The notes beneath the pieces are model-generated. The model was not told where the DNA came from. It ran no database searches and worked only from the letters and a program-made list of their open reading frames with translations. A stretch of DNA of 64,000 nt, from positions 1,190 to 65,189 of the forward strand of contig JAZRGA010000009.1 of assembly GCA_045643945.1 (NCBI GenBank). The letters are read 5' to 3'. This DNA comes from Eubacteriales bacterium (GTDB lineage Bacteria > Bacillota > Clostridia > Oscillospirales > CAG-272). Positions 35,684-44,598 of the stretch are shown here, in pieces (positions within the stretch are counted from its first letter, which is position 1; every line of letters starts with the position of its first letter). The translations under genes and the position numbers were made by a program.

Positions 35684-37099
35684 TTACTGAAGCATATATT
35701 TAGTTTGCACCGCCTCCTTAAGCTCGCTCACTGCCTTAACCGTCATTCCAACGAGCAAAAGTGCAAATATCAAGCTTAACAAGGTCATCCAACCGAAATT
35801 TTTGTTTAAAAACGCATAAAACGCTCCATAAAGAGAAGCAAAGGTATCTGCAAGAGCGCAAAGCACCGCAAAGTCAATTAAGGAAGAAAAGTTCTTATTC
35901 AAACGGTTTTGTACCGCCAATATCTGCTTTTTCTCGCCCTCGCTCTCGATTTCTCTGCCTACAACGTAGCCTGTATGCTCGGACACAACAAAACGCAAGG
36001 CTCTTGCAATTGCCACATAAAGTAAAACGAATATTGCGCCCTCAACCGCAACGACAATTACGGTTGCAAGATAATATCCAAACGCCTCGCCGTTTTTATT
36101 TATTGCGTTATAATAAAAATTATCCGCAAAGTAATATCTTATATAATCCTCAAAAAGAGTTGCAACGGTAAAAAGTAAAAACGTAACAACGGCAAAGCTT
36201 TTTTTGATTTTTGCGGCTCTTGCGAAATAAATCAAAGATATCGACAAGGCTATAACCACAAGAATATCGGGCAAAATGTTAACTCCGTCGAAGCTAAAAT
36301 CAATAGTGAAGATGCTTGCCATTACCAAAAATATGCTTGCAATCCTTACGTCCTTAATAACGAAAGCACCGTTTCTCGTTATTTTCTTTTTCGCATACTC
36401 CTCGTTTATCGCATTTACGAAATCCTTATCATTGGAAGCTCTGCGAAAATATTTAATTGCGCTAACTAACCACGCAAAGCCGACCGCCAAAACGGGTATA
36501 ATACAAAATCCGCGTATAACGCCTATATAACGGTAAAGGTCAACCAAATAAGAGGTTTCATCATATTGCGAGGCGGTAAGTGCCGTAAGCTCGGGAAGAA
36601 CGGTTAAAAGCGCCTTGAATATTACGAAAAATATTGAGAAGGACTTTATCGCATCGGTATAGCTTGCTCCTTTAGCGCCCTTTCTGCCAAGTATTGCGAC
36701 GTTTGGATAAAAATTACCCAAAGAGGTCAATCCGTCAAAAAGCTTTATGTAAGCGGGTATAGCGAATATACACTCCAAAACCGCAAAAACAAAGCTCCAA
36801 AGCAAAAGCGAAATATTTCGCTCGCTCAAAGCATCCATTCCGAACACCCAAAATATCGATACGATTTTACCCGCATCGACTATTACAAGTCGCTCAAAGG
36901 CTCTTTTTGCGTCGTAAAGCGATTCGCTTATCATAGATATTTTTGAAAGCGCAACGCTCAAAATCAAATAACCGAAAATATCAGGCAAAGGGTCTATTAT
37001 CGCCATATTCGGATTAAAAAGAAAGAGAAACGCCACTGCGAGCATACCGAATGAAATCTTATTTTTTCTCGCTTCTCTTATATCCTTAGTAAGCATCAA
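35684..37099 (-). CDS. polytopic membrane protein, unknown family (471 aa; internally duplicated module)
   Basis: About 12 hydrophobic segments. The module FN.......D.LPDI.GY.I...AL.K appears at the N-terminus (FNPNMAIIDPLPDIFGYLILSVALSK) and again mid-protein (FSFDGVNILPDILVVIALSISL). Confidence 0.7.
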   Translation of the reverse strand: MMLTKDIREARKNKISFGMLAVAFLFLFNPNMAIIDPLPDIFGYLILSVALSKISMISESLYDAKRAFERLVIVDAGKIVSIFWVFGMDALSERNISLLLWSFVFAVLECIFAIPAYIKLFDGLTSLGNFYPNVAILGRKGAKGASYTDAIKSFSIFFVIFKALLTVLPELTALTASQYDETSYLVDLYRYIGVIRGFCIIPVLAVGFAWLVSAIKYFRRASNDKDFVNAINEEYAKKKITRNGAFVIKDVRIASIFLVMASIFTIDFSFDGVNILPDILVVIALSISLIYFARAAKIKKSFAVVTFLLFTVATLFEDYIRYYFADNFYYNAINKNGEAFGYYLATVIVVAVEGAIFVLLYVAIARALRFVVSEHTGYVVGREIESEGEKKQILAVQNRLNKNFSSLIDFAVLCALADTFASLYGAFYAFLNKNFGWMTLLSLIFALLLVGMTVKAVSELKEAVQTKYMLQ

Positions 37100-37107
37100 A
37101 GCCCTCC

Positions 37108-37842
37108 TTATTTTTTTCGTTTTTTACTTGATTTATTTGTTTTCTCGGCATACTCATCAAGAATTTTTTGACGCTCTGCCTCCTGCTCCTCACGTTTTTT
37201 ATTAACAAACTCAAAGCGTGATGGCTTCTGCTTCATTTCGGTATCACCCGAATCGCATATTTTCGCATAGCAGCTAAATATCATATAAAGATTAAGTATC
37301 CAACACAAAAGCTCTATAATAAGCAACGCCGATACAAATACAGGTCTGTAAACCGTTACCCAATCAAAGGGCATAAAGGAAAGCGCCTGAACTGCAAACA
37401 AAATGCAGTAAAAAACGAAATTTCTCGTTGCCGCAATTTCAATTTTCTTTATTCCCGTATCCTGCGCAATCTGCTTTATCGCAATACAAAGCGTTGCAAC
37501 AAAAAATATAACAGCGATGAATGATGCGTAATCCACAATCATTGAATCCTTTATAAACGTGATAGCCTCAGAAAATGGTAACGCAACTATTTGATTATCG
37601 GTAAGAAATAGGCTAACATCCACAACCGCCTCAAAAGCCGAAATTAACGTCGGCAAAAGAGAGGATACAACAAGTGCCGCAAAACCGTTACTGTATTCAG
37701 AAAGCCTTTTAGCGGCTATTATTATCAATATATAGCCAAAAAGCTTAACAAATCCGCCAAGGTCTATCGGCAACATTCTCGACAACGGAATTGACATCAT
37801 CGTTGTTGCAAAATAACCTAAAAACAGTATTCCAAAGCCCAT
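37108..37842 (-). CDS. polytopic membrane protein, paralogous to the N-terminal module of 35684..37099 (244 aa)
   Basis: N-terminal FGILFLGYF...LPIDLGGFVKLFGYILIIIAAKRLSEYSNGF parallels the downstream gene. It has a Lys/Glu-rich cytoplasmic tail. RBS is GAGGAGGA. Confidence 0.7.
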   Translation of the reverse strand: MGFGILFLGYFATTMMSIPLSRMLPIDLGGFVKLFGYILIIIAAKRLSEYSNGFAALVVSSLLPTLISAFEAVVDVSLFLTDNQIVALPFSEAITFIKDSMIVDYASFIAVIFFVATLCIAIKQIAQDTGIKKIEIAATRNFVFYCILFAVQALSFMPFDWVTVYRPVFVSALLIIELLCWILNLYMIFSCYAKICDSGDTEMKQKPSRFEFVNKKREEQEAERQKILDEYAEKTNKSSKKRKK

Positions 37843-37871
37843 TGTATCCTCCTCGCTTTATTTTTTATCTT

Positions 37872-37907
37872 TTGTTTTACTTATTTTACTTATTTTACTT
37901 ATTTTAC
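37872..37907. repeat. 9-bp tandem repeat, 4 copies (TTATTTTAC x3 plus TTGTTTTAC)
   Basis: Copies at 37872-80 (one mismatch), 37881-89, 37890-98 and 37899-907. The last copy contains the secA stop codon. In mRNA sense the repeat is GTAAAATAA. Confidence 0.9.
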
Positions 37908-40642
37908 TGCTTAGTGGGTGAGCCGCAGCACTTTTTATATTTTTTACCCGAGCCGCAAGGACAAAGGTCATTTCTTCCAACCGATTCCTCCGCCTTTTTT
38001 GCTATGGTAATTTTCTTAGGCTTCTTCGTATTGTCACCCTCAAAGCCCTCGGAAATAGGATTAGCCACCTGAACTCGCTTAACCTCGGAAACGTTAGGTA
38101 CTACCGAGAGAACCATTCTGACTGTTCTGTCACGAATATCTGCTATCATAGCGTCAAACATATCCGCGCCCTGCAAGCGATACTCATTTATCGGGTCACG
38201 CTGAGCATAAGCCTGAAGTCTTATAGTATCCTTAAGGTCATCCATAGCGTCGATATGCTCCATCCAGTTATAGTCTACGTTCTGAAGCAAAATAGCTCTT
38301 TCTATCTCACGGAATTTTTCAGCGCCGAAAAGCTCCTCCTTACCCTTATAAATTTCTATCGCTCTATCGTAAAGCAAATTAGCGATATCATCGGGCTTGA
38401 CCTTCTTAAGCTCCTTCTCACTGTATTCAAAGTCCTCGGGCGTGGTAAGGAGTCCCTTATACGCCTCACGGAGTCCGACGAAATCCCAAAGAGTATGGTC
38501 ATCACCGTTAAGATAAGCGCTTACGTTTTCAATTATCGTCGACTCTATCATCTTTGTTATAGTGCCGCTTATATCGTCACCGTTAAGAACGCTATTACGC
38601 TGAGAATAAATAATATTTCTCTGCTGATTCATAACGTCATCGTAGGAAAGAACGTATTTACGGCGCTTAAAATTCTGGTCCTCTATTCTCTTTTGCGCAG
38701 ATTCTATCGTATTCGAAAGTATCTTTGCATCTATCGGAGCATCCTCGGGAAGACCGAGCGCATTAACTATTCCTATCATTTTCTCCGAGCCGAACAAACG
38801 CATAAGGTCGTCCTCAAAGGAAATGAAAAATCTCGACTCACCGGGGTCGCCCTGACGTCCCGAGCGTCCGCGAAGCTGGTTATCAATTCGACGGCTCTCG
38901 TGTCTTTCAGTACCGAGAATAAACAAGCCGCCCGCTTCTCTTACCTGCTCTGCCTCGGGTGCTATTTCCTCTTTAAATCTTTCATAAAGCTCCTTAAAGG
39001 TCTTTCTTGCGTTAAGGATATCCTCGTTATCGGTTTCAGCAGTTCCCGTTGCAAGAGCAATAAGCTCCTCGTCTATTTCCATCTTGCGCATTTCACGCTT
39101 TGCCATATATTCGGGATTTCCGCCGAGCATAATATCTGTTCCACGTCCCGCCATATTAGTAGAAATAGTTACCGCTCCAAGCTTACCCGCCTGAGCTACT
39201 ATCTCCGCCTCTTTTTCGTGATGCTTTGCATTAAGAACGGTGTGCGGGATACCCTCTCTCTTAAGTCTGTGAGAAAGCTCCTCGGACTTTTCAATAGAAA
39301 CTGTACCTACAAGCACGGGTTGTCCCTTTTCGTAACACTCCTTAACCTGCTCAACGATAGCATTATACTTTCCGCTAACGGATTTGTAAACGACGTCATT
39401 GTGGTCCTTTCTTATCATAGGACGGTTTGTGGGTATTTCTATTACGTCAAGAGAATATATTTCTCTGAATTCCGACTCCTCGGTAAGCGCAGTACCCGTC
39501 ATACCCGAAAGCTTATCATACATTCTAAAGTAATTCTGGAAGGTAATGGTTGCAACGGTCTTGTTCTCGTTTTCAACCTTTACTCCCTCCTTTGCCTCAA
39601 TTGCTTGATGCAATCCGTTGGAATAACGGCGTCCGGGCATAATACGTCCGGTAAATGCATCGACTATCATTACGCCGTTCTGGTTAACAACGTAGTCAAC
39701 GTCGCGCTTCATAATTCCGTGAGCGCGTATTGCTTGATTGATGTGATGCGCTATCTCGGTATTCTCGGGGTCGGAAAGATTTTCAATTTCAAAAAATTCC
39801 TCAGCCTTTGCAGTTCCCGAGGGAGTGAGAATTGCATTATTAGCCTTCTCGTCAACGATATAATCGGCCTCTATATCGTCGTAGCTCTCCTTTGAATCCA
39901 TTTCCTTAATAACGAATTTACGAAGTCTTCTCGCAAAAGCGTCTGCCTTATCATACATTTCGGTAGACTTTGTTCCGTAGCCCGAAATGATAAGCGGAGT
40001 TCTCGCTTCGTCAACGAGAATAGAGTCTACCTCGTCAACGATTGCAAAATTATGTCCTCTTTGAACGGTTCTTTCCTTATAAACCACCATATTATCACGA
40101 AGATAATCAAAGCCGAATTCATTATTAGTTCCGTAAGTGATATCGGCATTATAAGACTCCTGCTTCTCTGTAAGAGAAAGTCCGTGAACTATAAGTCCCG
40201 TAGAAAGTCCCATAAATTCATAAACTCTACCCATTTCCTCGCTGTCACGTCTTGCAAGGTAATCGTTTACCGTTACAACGTGAACACCCTTGCCCGAAAG
40301 CGCATTAAGATATGCGGGCATGGTTGCGACGAGAGTTTTACCCTCACCTGTTTTCATTTCGGCAATTCTTCCCTGATGAAGAATAATTCCACCTATAAGC
40401 TGAACTCTAAAGGGTCTTTTTCCGAGAACTCGGTCATCTGCCTCTCTTATTGCCGCAAATGCATCGGGAAGAATATCGTCAAGAGTTTCTCCCTTTGCAA
40501 GGCGCTCCTTAAGCACTCCCGTCGTTGCGGAAAGCTCCTCATCGCTCATAGCCGCATACTTAGGTGCGAGAGCTTCGATAAGCTTTACTATTTTATCTAT
40601 TTTTTTAAGTTGTCTTTCGCTATACGTTCCAAACAGTCCCAT
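37904..40642 (-). CDS. secA: preprotein translocase ATPase SecA
   Basis: 912 aa. MKTGEGKTL (Walker A), DEVDSILVDEARTPLIISG, and the C-terminal zinc finger CPCGSGKKYKKCCG. Confidence 0.96.
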   Translation of the reverse strand: MGLFGTYSERQLKKIDKIVKLIEALAPKYAAMSDEELSATTGVLKERLAKGETLDDILPDAFAAIREADDRVLGKRPFRVQLIGGIILHQGRIAEMKTGEGKTLVATMPAYLNALSGKGVHVVTVNDYLARRDSEEMGRVYEFMGLSTGLIVHGLSLTEKQESYNADITYGTNNEFGFDYLRDNMVVYKERTVQRGHNFAIVDEVDSILVDEARTPLIISGYGTKSTEMYDKADAFARRLRKFVIKEMDSKESYDDIEADYIVDEKANNAILTPSGTAKAEEFFEIENLSDPENTEIAHHINQAIRAHGIMKRDVDYVVNQNGVMIVDAFTGRIMPGRRYSNGLHQAIEAKEGVKVENENKTVATITFQNYFRMYDKLSGMTGTALTEESEFREIYSLDVIEIPTNRPMIRKDHNDVVYKSVSGKYNAIVEQVKECYEKGQPVLVGTVSIEKSEELSHRLKREGIPHTVLNAKHHEKEAEIVAQAGKLGAVTISTNMAGRGTDIMLGGNPEYMAKREMRKMEIDEELIALATGTAETDNEDILNARKTFKELYERFKEEIAPEAEQVREAGGLFILGTERHESRRIDNQLRGRSGRQGDPGESRFFISFEDDLMRLFGSEKMIGIVNALGLPEDAPIDAKILSNTIESAQKRIEDQNFKRRKYVLSYDDVMNQQRNIIYSQRNSVLNGDDISGTITKMIESTIIENVSAYLNGDDHTLWDFVGLREAYKGLLTTPEDFEYSEKELKKVKPDDIANLLYDRAIEIYKGKEELFGAEKFREIERAILLQNVDYNWMEHIDAMDDLKDTIRLQAYAQRDPINEYRLQGADMFDAMIADIRDRTVRMVLSVVPNVSEVKRVQVANPISEGFEGDNTKKPKKITIAKKAEESVGRNDLCPCGSGKKYKKCCGSPTKQ

Positions 40643-40834
40643 TGTTAAATCTCCTTAAAGCAATATATATCTATTATACTTTATTTTTCAAAAAAATTCA
40701 AGTCCTTTGTTAATATTAGATATAATATAATTGTAAACTTTTAAATTTTTCAACTTATTTTGCATTAACACTTGCAAAAAGTAAAAAAAAATACTATAAT
40801 ATCTATGCAAGAAATTAAAATTAAGGATAACGGT

Positions 40835-41350
40835 ATGAATACAAGCAATAAAATAAACATCATTCTACACGAGCCCGAAATTCCTCAAAACACGGGCAAC
40901 ATAGCAAGGACCTGTGCGGCTACGGGCGCTTCTCTGCACATTATCAAGCCTATGGGATTTACAATTGATGACAAAAAGCTAAAGCGCGCGGGGCTTGACT
41001 ACTGGGATAAGCTCGATATTGCCTACTACGAAAATTACGCAGACTTTCTCGAAAAGCATCCCGAGGCTATCGGAAGCACGTATTTTTTCACCACTAAAGC
41101 GCCTAAAGCCTACACCGAGGTTGCAGAATATCCCAAAAACGTATTTATTATGTTCGGAAAGGAAACCAAAGGGCTACCCGAGGAGCTTTTATACGATAAC
41201 CGTGACTACTGCGTAAGAATCCCCATGCGTGACACACTACGCTCGCTTAATCTTTCAAACTCCGTAGCTATTGCGGTTTACGAAATACTTCGCAGATGGG
41301 ATTTCGAGGGCTTGCGTGAGGACGGCAATCTCACAACTCGAAGCTGGTAA
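40835..41350 (+). CDS. trmL: tRNA (cytidine/uridine(34)-2'-O)-methyltransferase, SpoU/TrmL type
   Basis: ILHEPEIPQNTGNIARTC and the SPOUT knot LNLSNSVAIAVYE. Start moved to ATG 40835. Confidence 0.85.
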   Translation: MNTSNKINIILHEPEIPQNTGNIARTCAATGASLHIIKPMGFTIDDKKLKRAGLDYWDKLDIAYYENYADFLEKHPEAIGSTYFFTTKAPKAYTEVAEYPKNVFIMFGKETKGLPEELLYDNRDYCVRIPMRDTLRSLNLSNSVAIAVYEILRRWDFEGLREDGNLTTRSW

Positions 41351-41369
41351 GCTCTAAAAGGAGATACAT

Positions 41370-42440
41370 ATGAATAAAAAAAGAGTTCTCGTCGCTATGA
41401 GCGGAGGTGTTGACAGTGCCGCCGCCGCTCTTTTGCTAAAGCGTGACGGATACGATATATCGGGAGTCACTATGCGCCTTTGGAATGAATGCTCATTTCT
41501 AAAAGGTTGTAAAAGCGATGACCCCGACGAAAATTCAATTCAAGCAAAGGAAATTGCAGACACGCTATGCTTTGAGCATTTCTCGGTAGATATGTCGAGC
41601 GATTTTAACGAGGGAGTGGTTATTCCATTTATAAATGATTACAAAAACGGAAAAACGCCCAACCCTTGCGTCGAATGTAACAAAAGACTTAAATTCGGTC
41701 GCCTTTTGGACCTCGCTTGTGAAAAGCATTTTGATTTTTTGGCTACGGGTCATTACGCAAGAATAGAAAAAGGCTATAACGGAGAAATGACTCTAAAAAA
41801 AGCCCGCGATGAAAAAAAGGACCAATCCTATTTTCTTTGGTCGATAAAAAAAGAAAATCTCTCTAAAATAATTTTACCGCTCGGTGAATTTACAAAGCCG
41901 CAAATTCGTGAAATAGCGCGAGAAAACGGATTTTCAAATGCAGACAGAGGCGATAGTCAGGATATTTGCTTCATTCCCGACGGCGACTATACCGCTTTTC
42001 TTGAGAAATTCGGCTGCGTTAGCTTTACTAAAGGAAATTTTATCGACCTTAGCGGCAACGTATTAGGCGTACATAACGGACTTGAACGATACACCGTCGG
42101 TCAACGAAAGGGCTTGGGAATTGCTCTTGGCAAGCCTATGTTCGTATGCGAAAAAAACGTCACCGACAACACGGTAACGCTTTGCGACGATATTGAGCTA
42201 TACAAAAAAGAGCTTACCGCCTCTCAAATAAACCTCTTAGTAAATGACACGCTTGAGGGTGACAGGCGGGTAGAGGCAAAAATCCGCTACCGCCACAAGA
42301 GCGCCACCGCTACCGTAAGACGAATTGACGGCGATACCCTCTCGGTTATCTTCGACGAGCCTCAACGCGCTATAACCAAAGGACAATCCCTCGTTCTTTA
42401 TGATGGCGATACCGTTATCGGTGGAGGAATAATAAATTAA
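41370..42440 (+). CDS. mnmA: tRNA 2-thiouridine(34) synthase MnmA
   Basis: PP-loop VAMSGGVDSAAAA, catalytic Cys region NPCVECN, and DQSYFLW. Confidence 0.93.
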   Translation: MNKKRVLVAMSGGVDSAAAALLLKRDGYDISGVTMRLWNECSFLKGCKSDDPDENSIQAKEIADTLCFEHFSVDMSSDFNEGVVIPFINDYKNGKTPNPCVECNKRLKFGRLLDLACEKHFDFLATGHYARIEKGYNGEMTLKKARDEKKDQSYFLWSIKKENLSKIILPLGEFTKPQIREIARENGFSNADRGDSQDICFIPDGDYTAFLEKFGCVSFTKGNFIDLSGNVLGVHNGLERYTVGQRKGLGIALGKPMFVCEKNVTDNTVTLCDDIELYKKELTASQINLLVNDTLEGDRRVEAKIRYRHKSATATVRRIDGDTLSVIFDEPQRAITKGQSLVLYDGDTVIGGGIIN

Positions 42441-42469
42441 AATATTTTTAAATTTAATATTTAAACAAC

Positions 42470-42498
42470 AAAACCATCCGAAAAGCTCGGATGGTTTT
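42470..42498. terminator. bidirectional terminator
   Basis: AAACCATCCG-aaaagct-CGGATGGTTT, flanked by A- and T-rich runs. Confidence 0.8.
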
Positions 42499-42512
42499 GT
42501 TATATCTGAAAA

Positions 42513-42869
42513 TTACTTTTCAGCCTTCTTGTATGTAAGAACGCCTATCTTGATAGAACCGTCCTCAAGCTCCTCGAAAGACTGTGTAAGTGTCTTTTCC
42601 TCGCCGGCTGCGTTCTTGTAAGTAATCTTGATCTCGTTATCCTTGATCTCGTACTTACCCTCAAAAGAGTCGTCGCCAACCTTATTGCCGAGTACAAAAG
42701 CCTCTACAGTAACCTTGCTACCCTTAAAGGTGTAGGTAGTGTAGGTCTTTGTAACTGACTTGTCACCCATATAGTACTCGCCCGAGAGGGTCTTACCGCA
42801 GGATGCAAGGCAAAGACAAAGCATTACAGCAACCATTGCAAACGCAACAATTCTAAGTGTCTTTTTCAT
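42513..42869 (-). CDS. small lipoprotein (118 aa)
   Basis: Signal plus lipobox MKKTLRIVAFAMVAVMLCLCLASC|GK. The mature part is predicted to be beta-rich. Confidence 0.8.
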   Translation of the reverse strand: MKKTLRIVAFAMVAVMLCLCLASCGKTLSGEYYMGDKSVTKTYTTYTFKGSKVTVEAFVLGNKVGDDSFEGKYEIKDNEIKITYKNAAGEEKTLTQSFEELEDGSIKIGVLTYKKAEK

Positions 42870-42942
42870 AGTTTTCGTTCCTTTCCAGAGATTATTTGCC
42901 GCTAATACGACAATGCTATTCTATCACAATTTCATCACAAAG

Positions 42943-44574
42943 TCAAGTCTTTTTACGACTTTTATTGATTTTATAAGCTATCATTTCGAGTATTAACACC
43001 GATAAAAGCAATATACATATATATACAAATCCGTTTCCGAGATAATACCGCGCGGTTTTGTTATCCCTCTTATGAACGTCATAAATAAGCACTCCCTCGG
43101 TATCCGCCTCAACCCTTGAAAGCACCTCTCCTCTCGGAGAAATGACCGTTGAAATCCCCGTGCTTGCGCATCTTGTGATATATCTTCCGCTCTCGATTGC
43201 GCGAAGCTGGGCGTGCGAATTATGAATACTCAAAGCCGCAGAGCCAGAAAACCAAGAATCGTTTGTCGAAAGGCAAATTATATCCGCTCCGTCACGAACG
43301 CTATCAAGAGTCAATCCGTCATAAATTGAGTCAAAGCAGATAAGGCAGCCAACGTCACAATTGCCGATATTCATTATGCTCGAAGACTCGCCCTCGGATA
43401 TATCGTCAAAGGTTATAAGGATTTTAGTTAACGGAGGAATAAGCTTTTCAAAAACGGCTCTGAGCGGAACGAACTCTCCAAACGGAACTAATCTTCGCTT
43501 ATTATAAACAGTTTCATATCTCTCGCCCTCGGGAGTATAGCAGACCAAGGAATTATAGCTTTTCTCACCGTCATTAGTATATGCTCCAACGATAATATAT
43601 ACCTTAGTTTCCTTTGCAAGCTCCTTGCATCTCACGTCATATTTCGAGTAAAGTCCTGCATTAATATCAAAAGGTATAGCGGTTTCAGGCCAAAGAACTA
43701 TCTCTGCACCCGCCTTAGCCGCCTCTCGCGTTTGCTCCCAATATACTCTCTCGAGCTGCTTTAGCGTATCAACGGTCCATTTATTGCTTGCCGAAATATT
43801 TCCCTGAGCGCAAGCAACCTTGACGCTTTCACCCTCGTTTATATCGGTAGTAAACCATATAAGAAGTCCCGTAGAATACTGAAAAGCAATAACGGACAGA
43901 GCAATAATTGCCGAAAGCCTCAATGTCTTAGTTCTTGTCGAATTTAAAAGACCGTAAGCGAGCAAGCAATTGACTAAAACAATAGCAAAGGTTATAAAAT
44001 ACGAGCCAAGCCACGAAGCGTTTTGAACTCCTATCAAATACTTGGTTTGTCCGAGCGGAAGCTTTCCCCACGGAACTCCCCACCAACCAAAGTTTTGACT
44101 CCACTCAAAGACCGCCCATACTGCGGCAACCGTTATCGGCTTCAATATTCCGACCTTTTCACAAATTCGTACTCTGAATATCAGTGACGATATCAAAAAA
44201 ACAAATCCGCCAAAAAGCGATTGCAAAAGCGCAAGTCCAAACCATGATATCGCAACGACCGCCGCCGCAGTACCCTTGTTTACGCCATCTATAAAATCGA
44301 GCGGATACATACTCAAAAAGAAATGCCAACAAACAAGATAATAGCCGTAGAAAAAGACAAGTCCGTCCAAATAGAGCGATTTTAATTTTACCGCTTTATC
44401 ACTTCCCCGACGTAGCAAAATCACAAGCGCGGGGGCTATCGTTATCCATTCTAAAAATCCAACCGTGGGGAAAGCAACGGTAAGTCCCGTCAAAAGCCCG
44501 CTTAACAGTAGCACAAGAAATCTTATGCCGCGCTTTGTTTCTTTATTCAGTAAATCGGAAATTCTTTTAAGCAA
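42943..44574 (-). CDS. lnt: apolipoprotein N-acyltransferase homologue (polytopic N-domain plus CN-hydrolase domain)
   Basis: 543 aa with a TTG start behind an AAAGGGGAG RBS. The CN-hydrolase triad context is LWPETAIP (Glu), YNKRRLVPFGEFVP (Lys) and GCLICFDSIY (Cys). Confidence 0.8.
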   Translation of the reverse strand: MLKRISDLLNKETKRGIRFLVLLLSGLLTGLTVAFPTVGFLEWITIAPALVILLRRGSDKAVKLKSLYLDGLVFFYGYYLVCWHFFLSMYPLDFIDGVNKGTAAAVVAISWFGLALLQSLFGGFVFLISSLIFRVRICEKVGILKPITVAAVWAVFEWSQNFGWWGVPWGKLPLGQTKYLIGVQNASWLGSYFITFAIVLVNCLLAYGLLNSTRTKTLRLSAIIALSVIAFQYSTGLLIWFTTDINEGESVKVACAQGNISASNKWTVDTLKQLERVYWEQTREAAKAGAEIVLWPETAIPFDINAGLYSKYDVRCKELAKETKVYIIVGAYTNDGEKSYNSLVCYTPEGERYETVYNKRRLVPFGEFVPLRAVFEKLIPPLTKILITFDDISEGESSSIMNIGNCDVGCLICFDSIYDGLTLDSVRDGADIICLSTNDSWFSGSAALSIHNSHAQLRAIESGRYITRCASTGISTVISPRGEVLSRVEADTEGVLIYDVHKRDNKTARYYLGNGFVYICILLLSVLILEMIAYKINKSRKKT

Positions 44575-44598
44575 GGCCTTACTCCCCTTTCTTTATTT

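Noticed and set aside
37791-38072. A plus ORF encoding LFYLFYLFYLFY, which looks like a repeat peptide.
   Set aside because: It is an artefact of translating the 9-bp intergenic tandem repeat and the antisense of the secA 3' end.
38255-39895. Very long antisense ORFs opposite real genes. Examples: 546 aa opposite secA; 10228-11397 opposite gatB; 32918-33598 opposite recR and ybaB; 51978-52688 and 52737-53444 opposite gltX; 23930-24496 opposite ffh; 56138-56749 opposite the MutS-like gene; 47721-48275 opposite the PurL-like gene.
   Set aside because: Every one I checked by coordinates mod 3 (secA, gatB, recR/ybaB, gltX, ffh, MutS-like) is in the codon-aligned antisense frame of a well-supported gene. 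That frame stays open simply because the sense genes almost never use TTA, CTA or TCA, whose reverse complements are the stop codons. The translations are low-complexity (L/I/V/F/S/K-rich) with no motifs or RBSs. These are shadow ORFs caused by codon bias, not overlapping genes.
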